Positions 45,816 through 59,400 of a stretch of DNA of 64,000 nucleotides are shown here, in pieces. Position 1 is the first letter of the stretch. Each line of letters opens with the position of its first letter. The notes under the pieces were generated by a model. The model did no database searches. It was given only the letters and a program-made list of their open reading frames with translations, and was not told the origin of the DNA. The translations under genes were made by a program, and so were the position numbers. The stretch lies in contig OZ004613.1 of NCBI GenBank assembly GCA_963924565.1, positions 28,086,001 to 28,150,000 of the forward strand, given 5' to 3'. The stretch is from Ascidiella aspersa (lineage: Eukaryota).

Positions 45816-48424
45816 CTTTAATGTGAACAAAAAATCGCCTTTGGTCTTGTGTAAACTGCACTGCATAATTTAATAGTAAAGCGAATAGTCAAATTAATTA
45901 AACCAAGCATGTAGTGTGGTATAGCAGGCCAAAAAACTTAGCAATGGAACAGAAAAATACGTATGTATGTATGTATTAAAACACACTCATAGTTTTACCG
46001 GAGTATTACATTAAAGCACAAATACACGCTAATCTAATTAAGCAAACACCAAAGAAAATGTTACTGAAAGTTGGTGCAATAATACTCAAATCTAAACTAA
46101 TAATGGCTAAATAAACTAACATATTTTGCCTGAATTTCACTACAGAGCACACATATACACTGCTAAGAAACTGTAATAGTTACTGCCTGAGTAACACTAA
46201 AACAGTAACAGCATTACCTAACTGCCTGTACGAAACTAAGTCGCCAGTAGTTCTTTCAATACGACTTGCACCGCTTTAGTCAAACCGCCTTTAAGCATTT
46301 TGAAACGCAGCACAGTCAAGCATCCGCCTTTTGTATTCCCAGAAGCTCTACCAATTTTCCAAGGCGGGCACTAATCGTGCCGAACTATGCGAAGGGCGCA
46401 TTAATCAAGGCTTTCCACTTTTAAACTGACTTGGTTTTTAGCCTTTAGCCATTTCACGAACGAAAAAGTTTTGAACTTTAGTTTGTGAAAAAACGCCTTA
46501 TAGAATAAAAAACAACTCGTAAAAGATACAAAGCCAAATCGACAACTTAAATAGCTTTAAATACGGCTTAAAATCGTCCGTAAGTATCTATCGTTTTAAC
46601 ACTTAACCGAATAAAAACTTACCGTTCATGGTCTACATTGTTTTCACCAAAAATGACTGTAATTCTACGATGGCACTACAAAACATTAACTAACTGTAAG
46701 TGTACAAATCCATGGCACTGCAAAACATCAACTGAGTGTAAATCACCAATCAAGGACAATACAAAAACGATTAAGTTACAATAAGCCCAATTAATCTTGA
46801 TCAAAATACGGAGTTGTTTACCGTCAATCAATTTGCAATTACAGGTACATCAACGACCAACGTGTATATGTTTACCTTTTCATTGATTGTCTTGTTTCAT
46901 TGTTGACAAAATCAGCAGTTGTTATTGTTATTTACCCATTTGTTGTGGGTGAAATAAACATTAATAACTAAAAACCGGTTTCAAATGGTACTGTTAACCA
47001 GACAAGCTACGTCTGTCGTTTAATTGCAGTAATTAAGCTCATCGACACTGTAATAATCTGTAAAACCACGTGTGCCATAGGCTTTCATCGTACAGAACTA
47101 AAATCTAGAAATTTTACAAATAAATCTTACAAAAGCCGCTTGCTGCGTTTAAGTTTAAAGATGCATAATGAAAAACTGGGTTAAAATAGACAATAGCAAA
47201 ACATATTAACTAAAGTTGTCCATGCTTTCGCGAAAGCACCGATTTAAGCGTAATCTTACAGCACAGTAAATCTACAGTTTGCCTAAAAATGTAAAAACAT
47301 CATTTTTGACAAGAAAATTGTTACGTTTTTATCAGCCGCTAAGGGTTTTTTGATCAGTTGTTTCACGCGTAACTTCACATTAGTCATGTCATCGACACAC
47401 GAAATTTTTCAGCCTTGGGCACATTTCTTCCAATTAAGCTGTCTGATGAAAGTAGATTATAAATTATTCTCCAATATCTTAACATGCAAACGATTGGCTT
47501 GATTATTCCTTGAAAAAAAGACAAACCATAGCACTGTCGATAGTAATGCCTAAAAGCAAAACTGGATTACGAAAGCGTTTTGAAAGAATTTTACTGACAG
47601 ACATAGCATTAAAAAGAAATTTTCTTCTTTAAAAAGGTCAGTTATAACACCGATTTCATATAAAAATATTTTTCAAGGTTAATCAAATTTTTATAGGACT
47701 CTCACAACCCAGAGTGGAACAATGAAAAAGGAAAACTACAGTTAGAAATGGACAATGAAGGCTCAATACCTACAAGTTACAACATGGCAATAAAATTCGT
47801 TTTTTATAGTTTATCCAACTATAGGAAAACTTACCAATTCGAACTAGTAACATTAACATATGCTGGAATTGGGGAGAAGATATAAGTAAAGGGTTACAGC
47901 TGGGACTTGTCGAAATTGCTAGAATTCCAACATGCTTATGTAGTCGTGGTGCTTTCCAAAAGTCTGTATCTGGTTTTCCTTTGCCCTAACAACTTTCTTT
48001 GGGCAGCCTGCCGTTTGGCGAGTTGCGAATAAGCCCATATATTACGAAGTTTGTGTTGTCAACTGCAAACATCCGAAAACACGTAATGGTTCTCGGGTTT
48101 CCTAGTTTTACTTGTTTTACACCTCCCGTAACTTTGTGACGTCATCTGATGTGTACCAAGATAAATTTTTTTATCTTTGGTAAGGAAATTGTTTTATGCA
48201 CACAACTATGAAACCTCAAACTATTTAGCCTGTGGCACAACAAAAACCACACGACAAGGTATAGCAATTAAATATCAATATCTTATCAGTTATAAACCGA
48301 ATAGTGTGCAATATATTCAAGTCTCGTTCGATTGCCTGCATATTTATTTGTAACAAAAGTGAAGCGCGGTGTGAGAATCATTAAATTGACTGCTGCGACA
48401 AGCACACGTGGTATATACCTGAAC

Positions 48425-48612
48425 ATCAGTTGGCACAGTTTAATGACAAATTGTATTAAAATATTGACAAGCTCTCGTATAACCGTGCTTCATCAGGTCA
48501 AAGTAGAAAAGCTTGTTTATTGTTGCATTTCTACTTTTCCCCGACGAGGCACGGTTGGGCGAAAGCTTCTCAATATTTTACAATGTGTCGTTAAAAGTGC
48601 ACCCTGATTGCC
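48425..48612. mobile_element. Degenerate inverted pair of the 39695/40869 hammerhead family
   Basis: Minus copy 48464-48501 (GAAA changed to GAGA) and plus copy about 48535-48573 (CCGACGA...GAAAGCTT) with mirrored flanks. Confidence 0.6.
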
Positions 48613-49539
48613 AGATTTTGAATTACACGAATACGGCTAACAACAAAGATGGTATATATAAACTGTTGCTACCAGGCATAATATTAATAATCAAAAACAG
48701 CTCCTCTGGTAGTTAAAATTGTTAACAACTGAAATTACCAGTGGAGCTGTTTTTGAAAGACGGTATACACCCACACCCTCCTTACCAAAGCAATAACACC
48801 CACTTACTTCTTCGCTAGTTCTCTAGTTCTAGTTGCCAAGATACGTACAATGACGTCATATCCTCTTAGGAACGTTTCCTGCAGCGCTACTGTCTCACCC
48901 CGGAGCGCGCGTTATCTCTGTGACGTAACAGCGTGTCTGTAGCTGCCAGGGGTGCCCAAGTGGCGTGGGAGAGGGGGTAAAAATAAATACCCCATAAGGA
49001 AACGTTCTTTCTCTCGACTGAGTCATTTGCAATTAGGCGAAAAGTGGAAAATTTTTGGGAACTCTAAAAATATTTGCAAGCCTAACCGATTTATTAAAAA
49101 CAACTGGCAGTTTGGTAAAACGTTACCCAAGTATAGTGGTCAATATCACCTGTTTTTAAAAGAACAAAAAATAGATGGGAAGTTAAAAATATGGCAAACT
49201 GCATGTGTAAAAATCGCCCTTACAGGTAATTGACGACAATAAATATATAAGAAACAAATATTCTGTAGATTTTTCTGTCTTAATAAAAGCCAGTCATTCA
49301 ATAATAAAGAAAAAAGAATATTAAAGAATATTAGCAAATAACAAAAATGTCAGATTTTCGTTAATTTTTTTTCCTTATCGTTAGGTCCACTTAAAAAGCC
49401 GAGAAAGAGGTATAAGTTTATTCAAATAGGCACCCAAATCTAGCTAAAGAAAGCAGTTTTCTGTGTGTTGTTTTTCGTGTAGTATAAGTTCAGGGCTTTT
49501 CTTCTAATTTCCATACCCCTACCCCCACTACATTCAATC

Positions 49540-49790
49540 CCTGGCTGTATAGTTTCCTGTTGAATTCTACTTTCGATCGGGGATTACGTGCTCAGATTGA
49601 AAGCTTTGCGCGTTCCACTAGAACTGAATGCATCTCTGAAGGCGTGAATGTCAACACCAAGTTTGTGGATGCCAATGCTTATCGAAAGAAGTGCGTAATG
49701 TGTCTACGCAAGGTGACGAGGTCGCTATTCACTAAACAACGCCAGTTGATGGCCTTTTGAACTTGGATGTCTTTCCTGGACGCCAGACAT
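49540..49790 (-). mobile_element. Possible decayed RTE-type LINE fragment
   Basis: Minus frame ASRKDIQVQKAINWRCL...LRRHITHFFR* loosely resembles the post-RT region of RTE elements (KDI..RKA..W); contains stops. Confidence 0.25.
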
Positions 49791-50011
49791 TACTTAAATG
49801 GTGGGATTACCTCATTACTCATAGCAATTGCCCTTGGAACGTATGAAAACAGATTACCTCATTACTTAAGCCAATGCTTACTAAAAGTTTAGCAGTAACA
49901 GGGGCAAATGCAGCCGGTCTAAATAAGTGCTTATGTGGAATTTGCTGCAGAAAACTAGTTAGGTTTATGACGTCACCATTATGCAGCATAATTTTAAAAC
50001 AATCCGTAGAG

Positions 50012-50325
50012 CAGGGGTTCTTAAACTTTTTTTACCGCGGACCCCCCAAATTTTTTTTGCTTTGCATGGACCCCGGTAGACAACAAATGCTCCAAAATGA
50101 CGCATAAATTGACGTCACAAAACAAATAGACTTCATGACTCTGTTATTTCGTTCCGAAAAATGGGAAAGTTAAATGGAGTCTAACTATACATTCAGTCCA
50201 AAACCGTTCAATTTTAAATTAAAGTGTTTCTTTTAAAAAATAATTACTTTAAGTATACACTAGTTTTTTAACTAGGCCTTCATGGACCCCCAGGGGGTCC
50301 ATGGACCCCAGTTTAAGAACCCCTG
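50012..50325. mobile_element. hAT MITE, 314 bp
   Basis: TIRs CAGGGGTTCTTAAACT / AGTTTAAGAACCCCTG; TSD ccgtagag/ctgtagag. Confidence 0.87.
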
Positions 50326-51292
50326 CTGTAGAGTAATGTGAACAGTTTAAATGTTAAGTATCAAAATTCGGGGTCGCTCAAATTTTCGAAAACTGAAAAG
50401 GGGGTCATCGACAAAAAAATTGGGGACCGCTGGTTTACATCTAAAGCAGTGATTTCCAATCCATTGGTAGCGACGCAAACTGGGGTGCTTTTAAAATGGT
50501 TGGGTTGCCGAATTTTTCTATAAGTTTGGTAGCGTATTGCCACGTGATTAATGAATGGTGACAAAATACTATGGAAATTCGTTAAAAGTTGATTTTATTT
50601 GGCACATTAAAATGTTGCCTGTAATCGAATTCTTTAAAAAACTGCATTCCTTAGATTTGTCTTTATGTTGTAAACTGGTATTCACTTTCACTTTTACAAA
50701 ATCCATCTAACTTCTCCTAAAAATTACAAACGCACGATCTAGAAACGTTTGTTTGACTTTATACGTAGTATAAATATGTAAGCCCATACAGTAGTTAGAA
50801 TTTTGCGAACGTTTCGAATAAATCTTTGTTTATTTTTAACATTAACGTTGCTTTTGAAAATATTCGAAACTTTTCCAAATTGCTACCTTTTTCTGTATGG
50901 GCCCGATTTTCATTCTACATCTAACTACAACCTCTAGCCATGTTAAATTTACCCTGAACGTTCAAAAAATGCTACCTACTTCTGTATGGGCTTTAAAGTT
51001 CATTCTAACTAAATTTCCAGCCATATTGCTATATATGTTTCAAGATATCAAACCAGAAACGATTTCAACAAAATTCCAGCCCTTGCGCAAGCATTGAAGT
51101 GTTCCGACGGAGCATATCACGATGCAATTGAACTGAGCGCCAGACGCATTACAAACGGCTGTAAAAACTTCCGACATTAAATGTTAAGCACTCTGGACGC
51201 ACCAAACATTCTCAGCTACGTCGTTGCCTCCGTAAACATGCCTGGCGTATTCGCGAAGCGTGCAAATTGCGACGTAAAATCACGTTCTACAC

Positions 51293-51813
51293 CAGTGTTT
51301 CTCAACCTTTCGTTTGCGACGATCAGAAAACTAAACTCTAGTTTAACAACATGACTTTGGCGACCCGTTTTTTCACTGAACTGTTTGTAATCGAATAAAA
51401 CATAAGACTTTGCCATTAACAAATTCAAATTCAAACTAGATATGAGTATATAGCTGCTCTAAAGAACTAAACAATGACGTCACACTATTGTTATTTTGTC
51501 CCCCAGTCAAAGACCCCTAAGGGTGCAGACTCATAAACCTCTTATATGCACCTATACATACAATTCTACACCATGTCTAAAAATTAGCAAACCATAAAAG
51601 AATAGCGGCAAAACAAGATATGTCCCTAAATAAATTTTCGGCCCATATAACAGAGACGAGGCACGTCTTGGTATTACTTCTGCGAAATTCTTACAAATTT
51701 TGCTCAGAATCAAACCTAATAAATCTAACCGTGTTGAACTACTGCAGCCGGCGACCCAACCAGTTTAAACAGCTACCCAACTTATGGTTTGACACTTAGG
51801 TTTAAAAACACTG
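51293..51813. mobile_element. hAT MITE, related to 53079-53425
   Basis: TIRs CAGTGTTTCTCAACC / GGTTTAAAAACACTG; degenerate TSD ttctacac/ttcaacaa. Confidence 0.65.
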
Positions 51814-53078
51814 TTCAACAAGCAAATTTTCATATCTTTTTCGAAGTCGTTTTGCCTGATGTTACTCATAGCTTCGTGGAGCCCGTCAATGGTTGGGTAA
51901 ACTTCCTAATAAGTAAGTTGTCGTGAAAAAGGGCATACCGGGCGAATATCACGCAAAACTTCCACGAAAACAGGGCTGTAAGTATTTTATTGTGTTCTGA
52001 CGCCCAACAAGGAGAGCTCGGTTCATATTAGGGTTATTTGAGCAAATTGGATACCATCGTATTTCAACGTTTAACTGTTTAAGCAAATTATTTTAAAACG
52101 TAATGTTTTAAAACGTTTTTTTTGACACGAAAATCAAATATTACAGACTTCGGAATAATTTTCACACCTTAAAACAACCTCTTGGTGAGTTTTATGCTGC
52201 CCTTCAACTTACAAAATCTGTTTTGGAGAACTTTTTGTTTATGCGATTAATTTTTTTAGTATTAAGCACTGTTTAATTGCTGAAATTATCTGTTGCGTCT
52301 GACAACTATTTAAGTGACGTTGAAAACGGAAAGATTAAAATCGACATTTCACTTCTAAAATTTAACCTGTTTTGGAGCAGAGTGCGTAATTATGACGTAA
52401 CAATCTGACGCGCGGCTAATAGCTTAAAGTCTCGGGCGCCCAAAAGCGTTTTCAGCTGCGCTATATTTAGTTTATTTCGATTACGCTGCGTCAAGCAAGT
52501 TTGGATGCTAGAAAATGATTTGAAAAGTGGCCAAAACGGCAAACCCGTTAAAGTTGCCTATAACGCATTAAACACCAAGTTTTTGAGTTTATATCTTTAC
52601 AATTTTGAATAGTCATTCAAACCTTAGACAAGACTGGTTCAAAATCGCTGCCTTTAAGACCTGTAGCCAGCGGACATTTATTAATTTGATAATATCCAAG
52701 CTTTTTCTATTAGCGTATTGTTTGGATGTTTCATAGAATGTTATAAGGTTCCATATTTAACAAAAATAATTTTAATATCTATAACAAAGGCAACGAATGT
52801 TTTTAACAATTAAACGAATATTTAATAAATTGCCAAATAAGGTAGAAATAATGAAGTTATGACATATACTGGCAATTTTTAGACTTCTTGATTGAGCTAT
52901 TCGCCAGGCCATCTTCTTAAATGTATTTAAACTATGGTGTTAGATTTACAAAAAAAGTTTGAATAAATAAACGAGGTCAAAAGTTTAGAAATTCTGGACT
53001 AAACTGTCTTATTCAGAACTACAGTCATTAAGCCTATTAGTGTAAGCAATACGAGGTATAAAAGCAAAACATTTAAAA

Positions 53079-53425
53079 CAGTGTTTCTAAACTTTTTTCG
53101 CGGCGACCTAAATACTAAGCTTAAGGATAACATGGATTTGGCGACTCAAAAACTAGGGAACGTTTGGCAACTCAATTCTTTTCACTGAGCTTTTTCTTAG
53201 CAATCAAAACATTATAAATTACTATTGCAAGCTTCGAATTATTTGATATGATTCATGACTTCGTATTGCTTCCTCTATGTTTTTTAGAAATCCAAATTTT
53301 TGAGAAATCTTTCTCAAAACCAATCTTAATAAATCTAACCATACACAATTAATATGCAGTCGGCGACTGAACCTAATTAAACACGACCCAATTTTGGGTT
53401 GCCACTAATGGGTTAAGAAACACTA
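53079..53425. mobile_element. hAT MITE; same family as 45530-45815, 51293-51813 and about 32690-32953
   Basis: TIRs CAGTGTTTCT / AGAAACACTA; TSD atttaaaa/attaaaaa; shared internals catgacttcgtatt and aaccaatcttaa. Confidence 0.72.
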
Positions 53426-56400
53426 ATTAAAAACAAAAAAACAGCTTGGAAAAACACTTAAACAAGCATTGTAAGGCGGGTATTTGACGATGGTAGCGTA
53501 AGCACAACACAACAAGAGGCTTCGTATCTCTTTCCTGTTTATATTTCCCTTTCGCAAAACAAAACGACAGATGATGCGACTCGATTTGTGTTCATTTGTA
53601 TCAAGGGCGATGGTTTCAATTATTAAGGTCATGAGAAGGGCTGGATTAAACATTGAGCAAAATAAGCAAATGCTTAAGGCACCAAGGGAAGGGGGCACCA
53701 CAGAAAATTTCAATACTGAATAGCTCTCGTAATTTCATTTATTTGTTCTCCAACCTTTTCTATCAGTTTGATACAAGATAGCCTATCTTCTAAATCAAAA
53801 GGGTAAATGGCACCAACGTTTGACTTGTGTAGGTCGGAGAACGTTTGAAAACAAAACTTAAATACAAGTGAAGGTATTTTGATTAAAACATTAACTATCT
53901 CTGTAGAATTCAGTTAAGAATGGGCGAATTTAAACGAATGCATGAAAAGTACTATTGTTTCGTCAGTCGCTTCAAGTAACAAAAACTGACTAAAATCTCG
54001 TAAAATACACTCAGTTTTTGTGTTGTTTTAATCGCACAACTCTTTTCCGACAACTGTTTGATTAAACCATTAACCAAATCTTATAAAAGTACAAATCTGT
54101 CGTTTTAGTGCAGCAACGGCCTTTGGAAACCTGCAGCCTCCTTATTTATCCTACGTTATCAAGTCATGTTATAAACTTTACTGCATGTTTTAGGCTTGTT
54201 TTTTGCTGCTTTATTCTTTCGCCATGTTTCACTGTGTTTGACTGCATATAGATGTTTTTTCTCTAAGTTTAAATTTTATGCTTTGAAGAAAATTACCTTA
54301 ATAAGTCATAGAAACGTTGGCGTGTTTAACACAAAATATTTGTCGGATGAATAATTTTTGCGTTTTCACTTTGTTTATTGTTGTTTGACTGCCTAAATAG
54401 TTTTTCTCTAGGTTGCAATTACATTGCCTCGATGAAGATGAGCTGAATAGATCGTTGAAATAGTGACGCTCAAAATCAAAATATTTGTCGGACCGACGAA
54501 ATATTTAGATTGAAATCTGTATCCCATACATTTACACCAAAACCTCAATACACCTTTCTGTCTATACCTGCATATTATTTCTATATTTTCTTTTGTGTAG
54601 ATCGATTGTTTTTGTCGCGATTCGTCGCTTTGGATGACGCGGAACTAATTGGTCACGTGGTTTCCGGTAGAACGGGGTCGCGCGGGTTCGTTTAGGGTTT
54701 CGTTGCTGCATTGTTGCGTCACAATAATTTGTGTCGTTCTCGAGTTTTAGTTTCGTATAAAAGCACACCTGACGTGTTGCAACAATAACGTTTTATTCAC
54801 GAATGAACGATTGATAATAATTTATTTCGATACAGATACCTTAAACCTAAATTATCACGATCCAATCCGGTATCAAATGACGTCATTACTCTGCTAAAAC
54901 TATCAAAATAGAATCAAACATTTTTCAGGTGATTTTCCGGTCTTTAGGCCAAAATTTTCTTTAGCGCTAGGAGTTAAAAAAGCAGCAATGACTTTGTCAA
55001 TGGCTTGGCACGGTTTTCAAATGACTAGAGTTGAATCAAGTCTTGTTCACAAATTACTTGATTTGGACTTAACTCATTGTGTCACCTGTGTAGAAATTAG
55101 GTGTCATTATTTTTTTAATGAAATCGAGTCGTTTATCTAAACACTTACGTTATAACACACAATGTGTATTTCGTAATTAGGCCCTTCTGGAGTCGTACCG
55201 TCTAACGATAAAGGCGCACATTTTGTGCTTCTATATCTCAGTTGGTTCTGGTATGGGTCGTGGTTCGAACGTCACCGTAGGCTAGTTAGCATGGTCTTGC
55301 TTGCACCACATTCCTAATATTCCTATACAGAGTGATTACCGTTGAGCCTTTTCGAAGCCATCCGGTGAACATTGCATATATGGTAAGAAAATGCAAACTG
55401 AGACACACAAAACTCACAACTGTGACGCAAGCAGGGCAGGCCTGCAGTGAGGTTCGAACTCACGGCCATCAAAAAGCAGCTTCAGAAGGGCTAGATGTCA
55501 GTTGTTAACTTACTAATTTTTGCCTGATAACCTCAAATATATTAGTTTATTTGAGCATACTTATGTCCTCATTGTGTAAAATATAAGGTATTAGTAACGA
55601 ACATTCCTAATCATATTGCTTGATGTATGCTCTAGACCTCTACCTATATTTTCTGCTATGAAATTATATGAAAGTTAAATTTGAAATACTTGTTTAGCAA
55701 CATTGGGGTAAATATATTTTACTGTACCCTGTTTACTCTATATTTTCAAATATGTTTCATTGAACTCATAACTGATACTGAAAAGCCTGTTTTTTTACAT
55801 TAGGTTCAGTTCCTGTTAAATCCGTTAGATGGCGTTCTGAGCTCCGCAGTCCTCGTGTCTGCATACAATTCAAAATATGATTAAAAAAACCATAAAAATA
55901 ATAAAAGAACTACAAGTGTTTTGATCTGAGTCGTTCAATTCTCTTTGTTTTCAACTACATATTATAATAAAATCTGCGGCGTACTTCACTTGAAAATGTT
56001 CCCTATGATCCGTATAAAAAGTTTATTACACGATATCAACCAAATAAAAGATTTTCTTGGTTGTGATGTTCATCAAATTGTTGAAGGTTGCATCTAAAAT
56101 CTAAATAAAGCGCTCAAAATTCAAAAGTGAATAATTTCTTGAATTGTGTATCTGTATTTGTTCGTAATCCTAGATGTTATGGTGCCAGTTTTAAAGAAAT
56201 CCTATAACCAACATAAAATTCTATGCAAACAAGACATTTTCACACGTGAAAAAAGCAATCGTTTAATAACTAAAGCATTTTGCGAAAAAATACCATTTAG
56301 TTATTTTTACACCTGTTTCCATTCGTTATTACTGGAACGTTTCGATTAGGGCGATTTTGCAATGAGCAGAGCTACCATTTTTATTTATATAATAGTTTTA

Positions 56401-59400
56401 TTACATGATGGTTCATTTAAAGATATTACTGGTGCATTTCATGGCACTTAAACTAAAAACAAGCACTTCTTAATATTTCATCATTGTCGTTGGTAATGTA
56501 TAGACGTTTAATTATAACCCTATACTATATTTGTTAAAATTTATTTCCCTCGACAATACACAATATGTTAGCTTCTATGTACTTGAGCATTTTTGTTGGT
56601 CGAACAAAGTAGCCTATCACTTTCTGCATGTTTTGTTTAGATGAAGACGTATTTCTATTTTTCATTTTGTAGACGACATATGGCACCAAGTTGTATTTAG
56701 AAGTTTGCAAACGCCCAAACTTATTGCAATCAAGGCATACAAAACTCGAAACAGAGTTTAGCAAAAAACTGACACTGACACAGCGCACTTAAAAAAGTCA
56801 CAAACAACCGTGTCCCCCCAACTTTAAAACCGTTCGATTCGTCAATGACCAACTGAGAGGCTATTTCCATCACACTCTCGGCCCTCTAGCTGGACTTGCA
56901 AGTGGCCATCAGCTCACAGAATGACCAACGAGTGGGCGTTGGACAATGGACAGCGCTACGTCCGATCACTGACCGCTCGTTTGTTCGCTTGTACGCCTGT
57001 TAATTGCACTCGGTCACTCGTGGAAAGCCCGGTGACTGATTGCTGCCACGTGGTGCTAGATCCGGGTCGACAGCGTCATCTTGCGGTAAATAAGATTTTT
57101 TTCGTATTTTTGTAACAACGTATTCGCGACACTTTTTAGCTAAACGTGAAATTTCGCAATTTCAGCGTATTTTTTTTATGAAAAAGATAGAAAATTCTGC
57201 CCGGCACATGAACATAAAGACCGTGCAGTGGAAGCAATTACATGACGCAAATTGCATCCTTACGACAGATTCCTGCTGAATTTTTTCCCCGGAATATTTT
57301 GCTAGACTAAGTTTGAAGCATTTTTAAGATATTTTTCTCAGAGTGTTCGCCTGCGCCGCGCAAGTACAAGATGCTGTCGTCGCACACCTGACCCAGCCAC
57401 CACTGGATTGCAAACGAGTCTGTAGAAAATCTTTAGGTTTAAATGCAAAAAACCATCACAGTAACTTTACATTTTTGTGGAAATTTTGAAAAACCTACAT
57501 ATTTAAATATATCAACTTTAATGTTACCTTTCCTAATTTATCTCCAAATAACATATACTGTATATCATTGTAAAAACGATAGCTAAACTTGTATTAAAAT
57601 AACGTTATATATTTTTCTCAATACACCTATAAATATTAAGTATAACTCAAAATAAGTAAATATAAATAAATTAGTAGTTTAAAGGTAAAGTCGACTCTGT
57701 GAAAAAACATAAGGTGCTATACCGTTTTACCCATTAGTATTAAAAATATCAAAAAACATGCAGAAGTAGGTATTATTCTAAATGTTTCGAATAACCCTTC
57801 ATATAGTCAAGTTGAAATTCAATGAGGAGTTATTCCAAACGTTTAAAAAACTGATATTCACTTTTGTTTGGGCTTTGATGTTTTTACTACGTCTTACTAC
57901 AACTTCTAATCATTATGCTCCAAAATATCAGTGTGGTAATGACTTAAGTCAATGACTTAACTTGATTAAGTTACTGTTTTTAAATGACATGACTTGACTT
58001 GACTGAAGTCGTATTGGTGAAAGACTTTATTTGACTTTTAATGTATTTTAGTCAAATGACTTGACTTGGACTTAAGTCATTCGCTGTCTTACCATAACCT
58101 CCAACCATTATGCTCCAAAATCGTAACACAATGTTACAGTTTCAATACATTAAGCACTCCAATTGGGATTTGCGGTCAAATTTTCAAACACATCACTTTA
58201 TTTTATCCGCGCACACGGCGAAACAACTTATTTACGCCTGAAATTACAAGCTGCCTAGGAGATGAAAGCAGGAAATCTTCTCAATCATTCAATTTATCCC
58301 CAACACAAGATAGCCCCAACCAGACCCAGATCTAGTTTCTGGGGCAATATTTGTTTTTCGATGACGCACAATGCCGGGGTCGGTGAAGCGGAACCGGTGT
58401 GTTGGGGCGATTTTTTTTCTCGCCGGTAAAGTCACGGTCAAGTCAGACTAAAAACGCGGGTTCACTCAAATAACCCCGTGGATGTATGGGAGAAAATTGG
58501 GTAAGTTGAACATAAAACAAGTGAAAAAATTAGAAAGAATGAATCATCCAAAGAAGGTTAAATTTTTTAAGATACTTACGAGTAATGTTTATACAAAGCG
58601 AGTTCAAATTAAAAGAATTATTATTTGATAAAAATCATATGATAAAAGATAAATTTTCACAAAAAAATGTCAAAAGACTGCCTTATAAATTGAAATTGGT
58701 AAAACATTTCCGAAACTGCACAATCCGACCATGAAAAAATAGAGATAGACAAAGTTCAAATATGTTTTACTTGAGGAGATTTTAAACATTCGAAGTTCTA
58801 GGAGATTTTAAACATTTGAAGTATTTTTTTCTGCGATGGCAAAAATCATAAAATACAATCATAAAAATTGGTTTGCAAAAAATGTTAGGTTGCCTGATGA
58901 TTCCAATCAACAGGTTACTCATTTACAGATTCAAATAATAAGAAACAAATTAAAAAAAAACAAGAACTACAATCCTATATTTGTGGACGTTTGCTATATG
59001 GCCTACTGGCATTAACTGATGTACTATTTGTTTAGGAAATAAAACAATAAATAAACTAAATATTCGCGTAATTGGAAATTTCTTCTGAAAATAAAAACTG
59101 GAAATTTTTTGCAATGAGACATACTTGAGACGTTAAAACTTTGAACACACTAACTTCCCAAGAAAACTTACTGTGATTTTTACCTGGAGTAGCCATAGAG
59201 GACACATCAATTGAGCATGTAATGATCTCATCAAAGCTTTATCTTGCCTTCCTGACCTCTATTTGGCTCCCTCAGGTGTAAAACGTGCCGACCCGACTTG
59301 TCAAAATATCCCCAGCCCCCAACCTTCACCCACGTATCACCCATCAACCCCTGTGTGATGCGGTTTCGGTTTTACAGGATCAATACACACCCCGCTGTCA

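Noticed and set aside
57001-57025. miR-92-like seed AATTGCAC
   Set aside because: No pre-miRNA hairpin places it in a stem arm.
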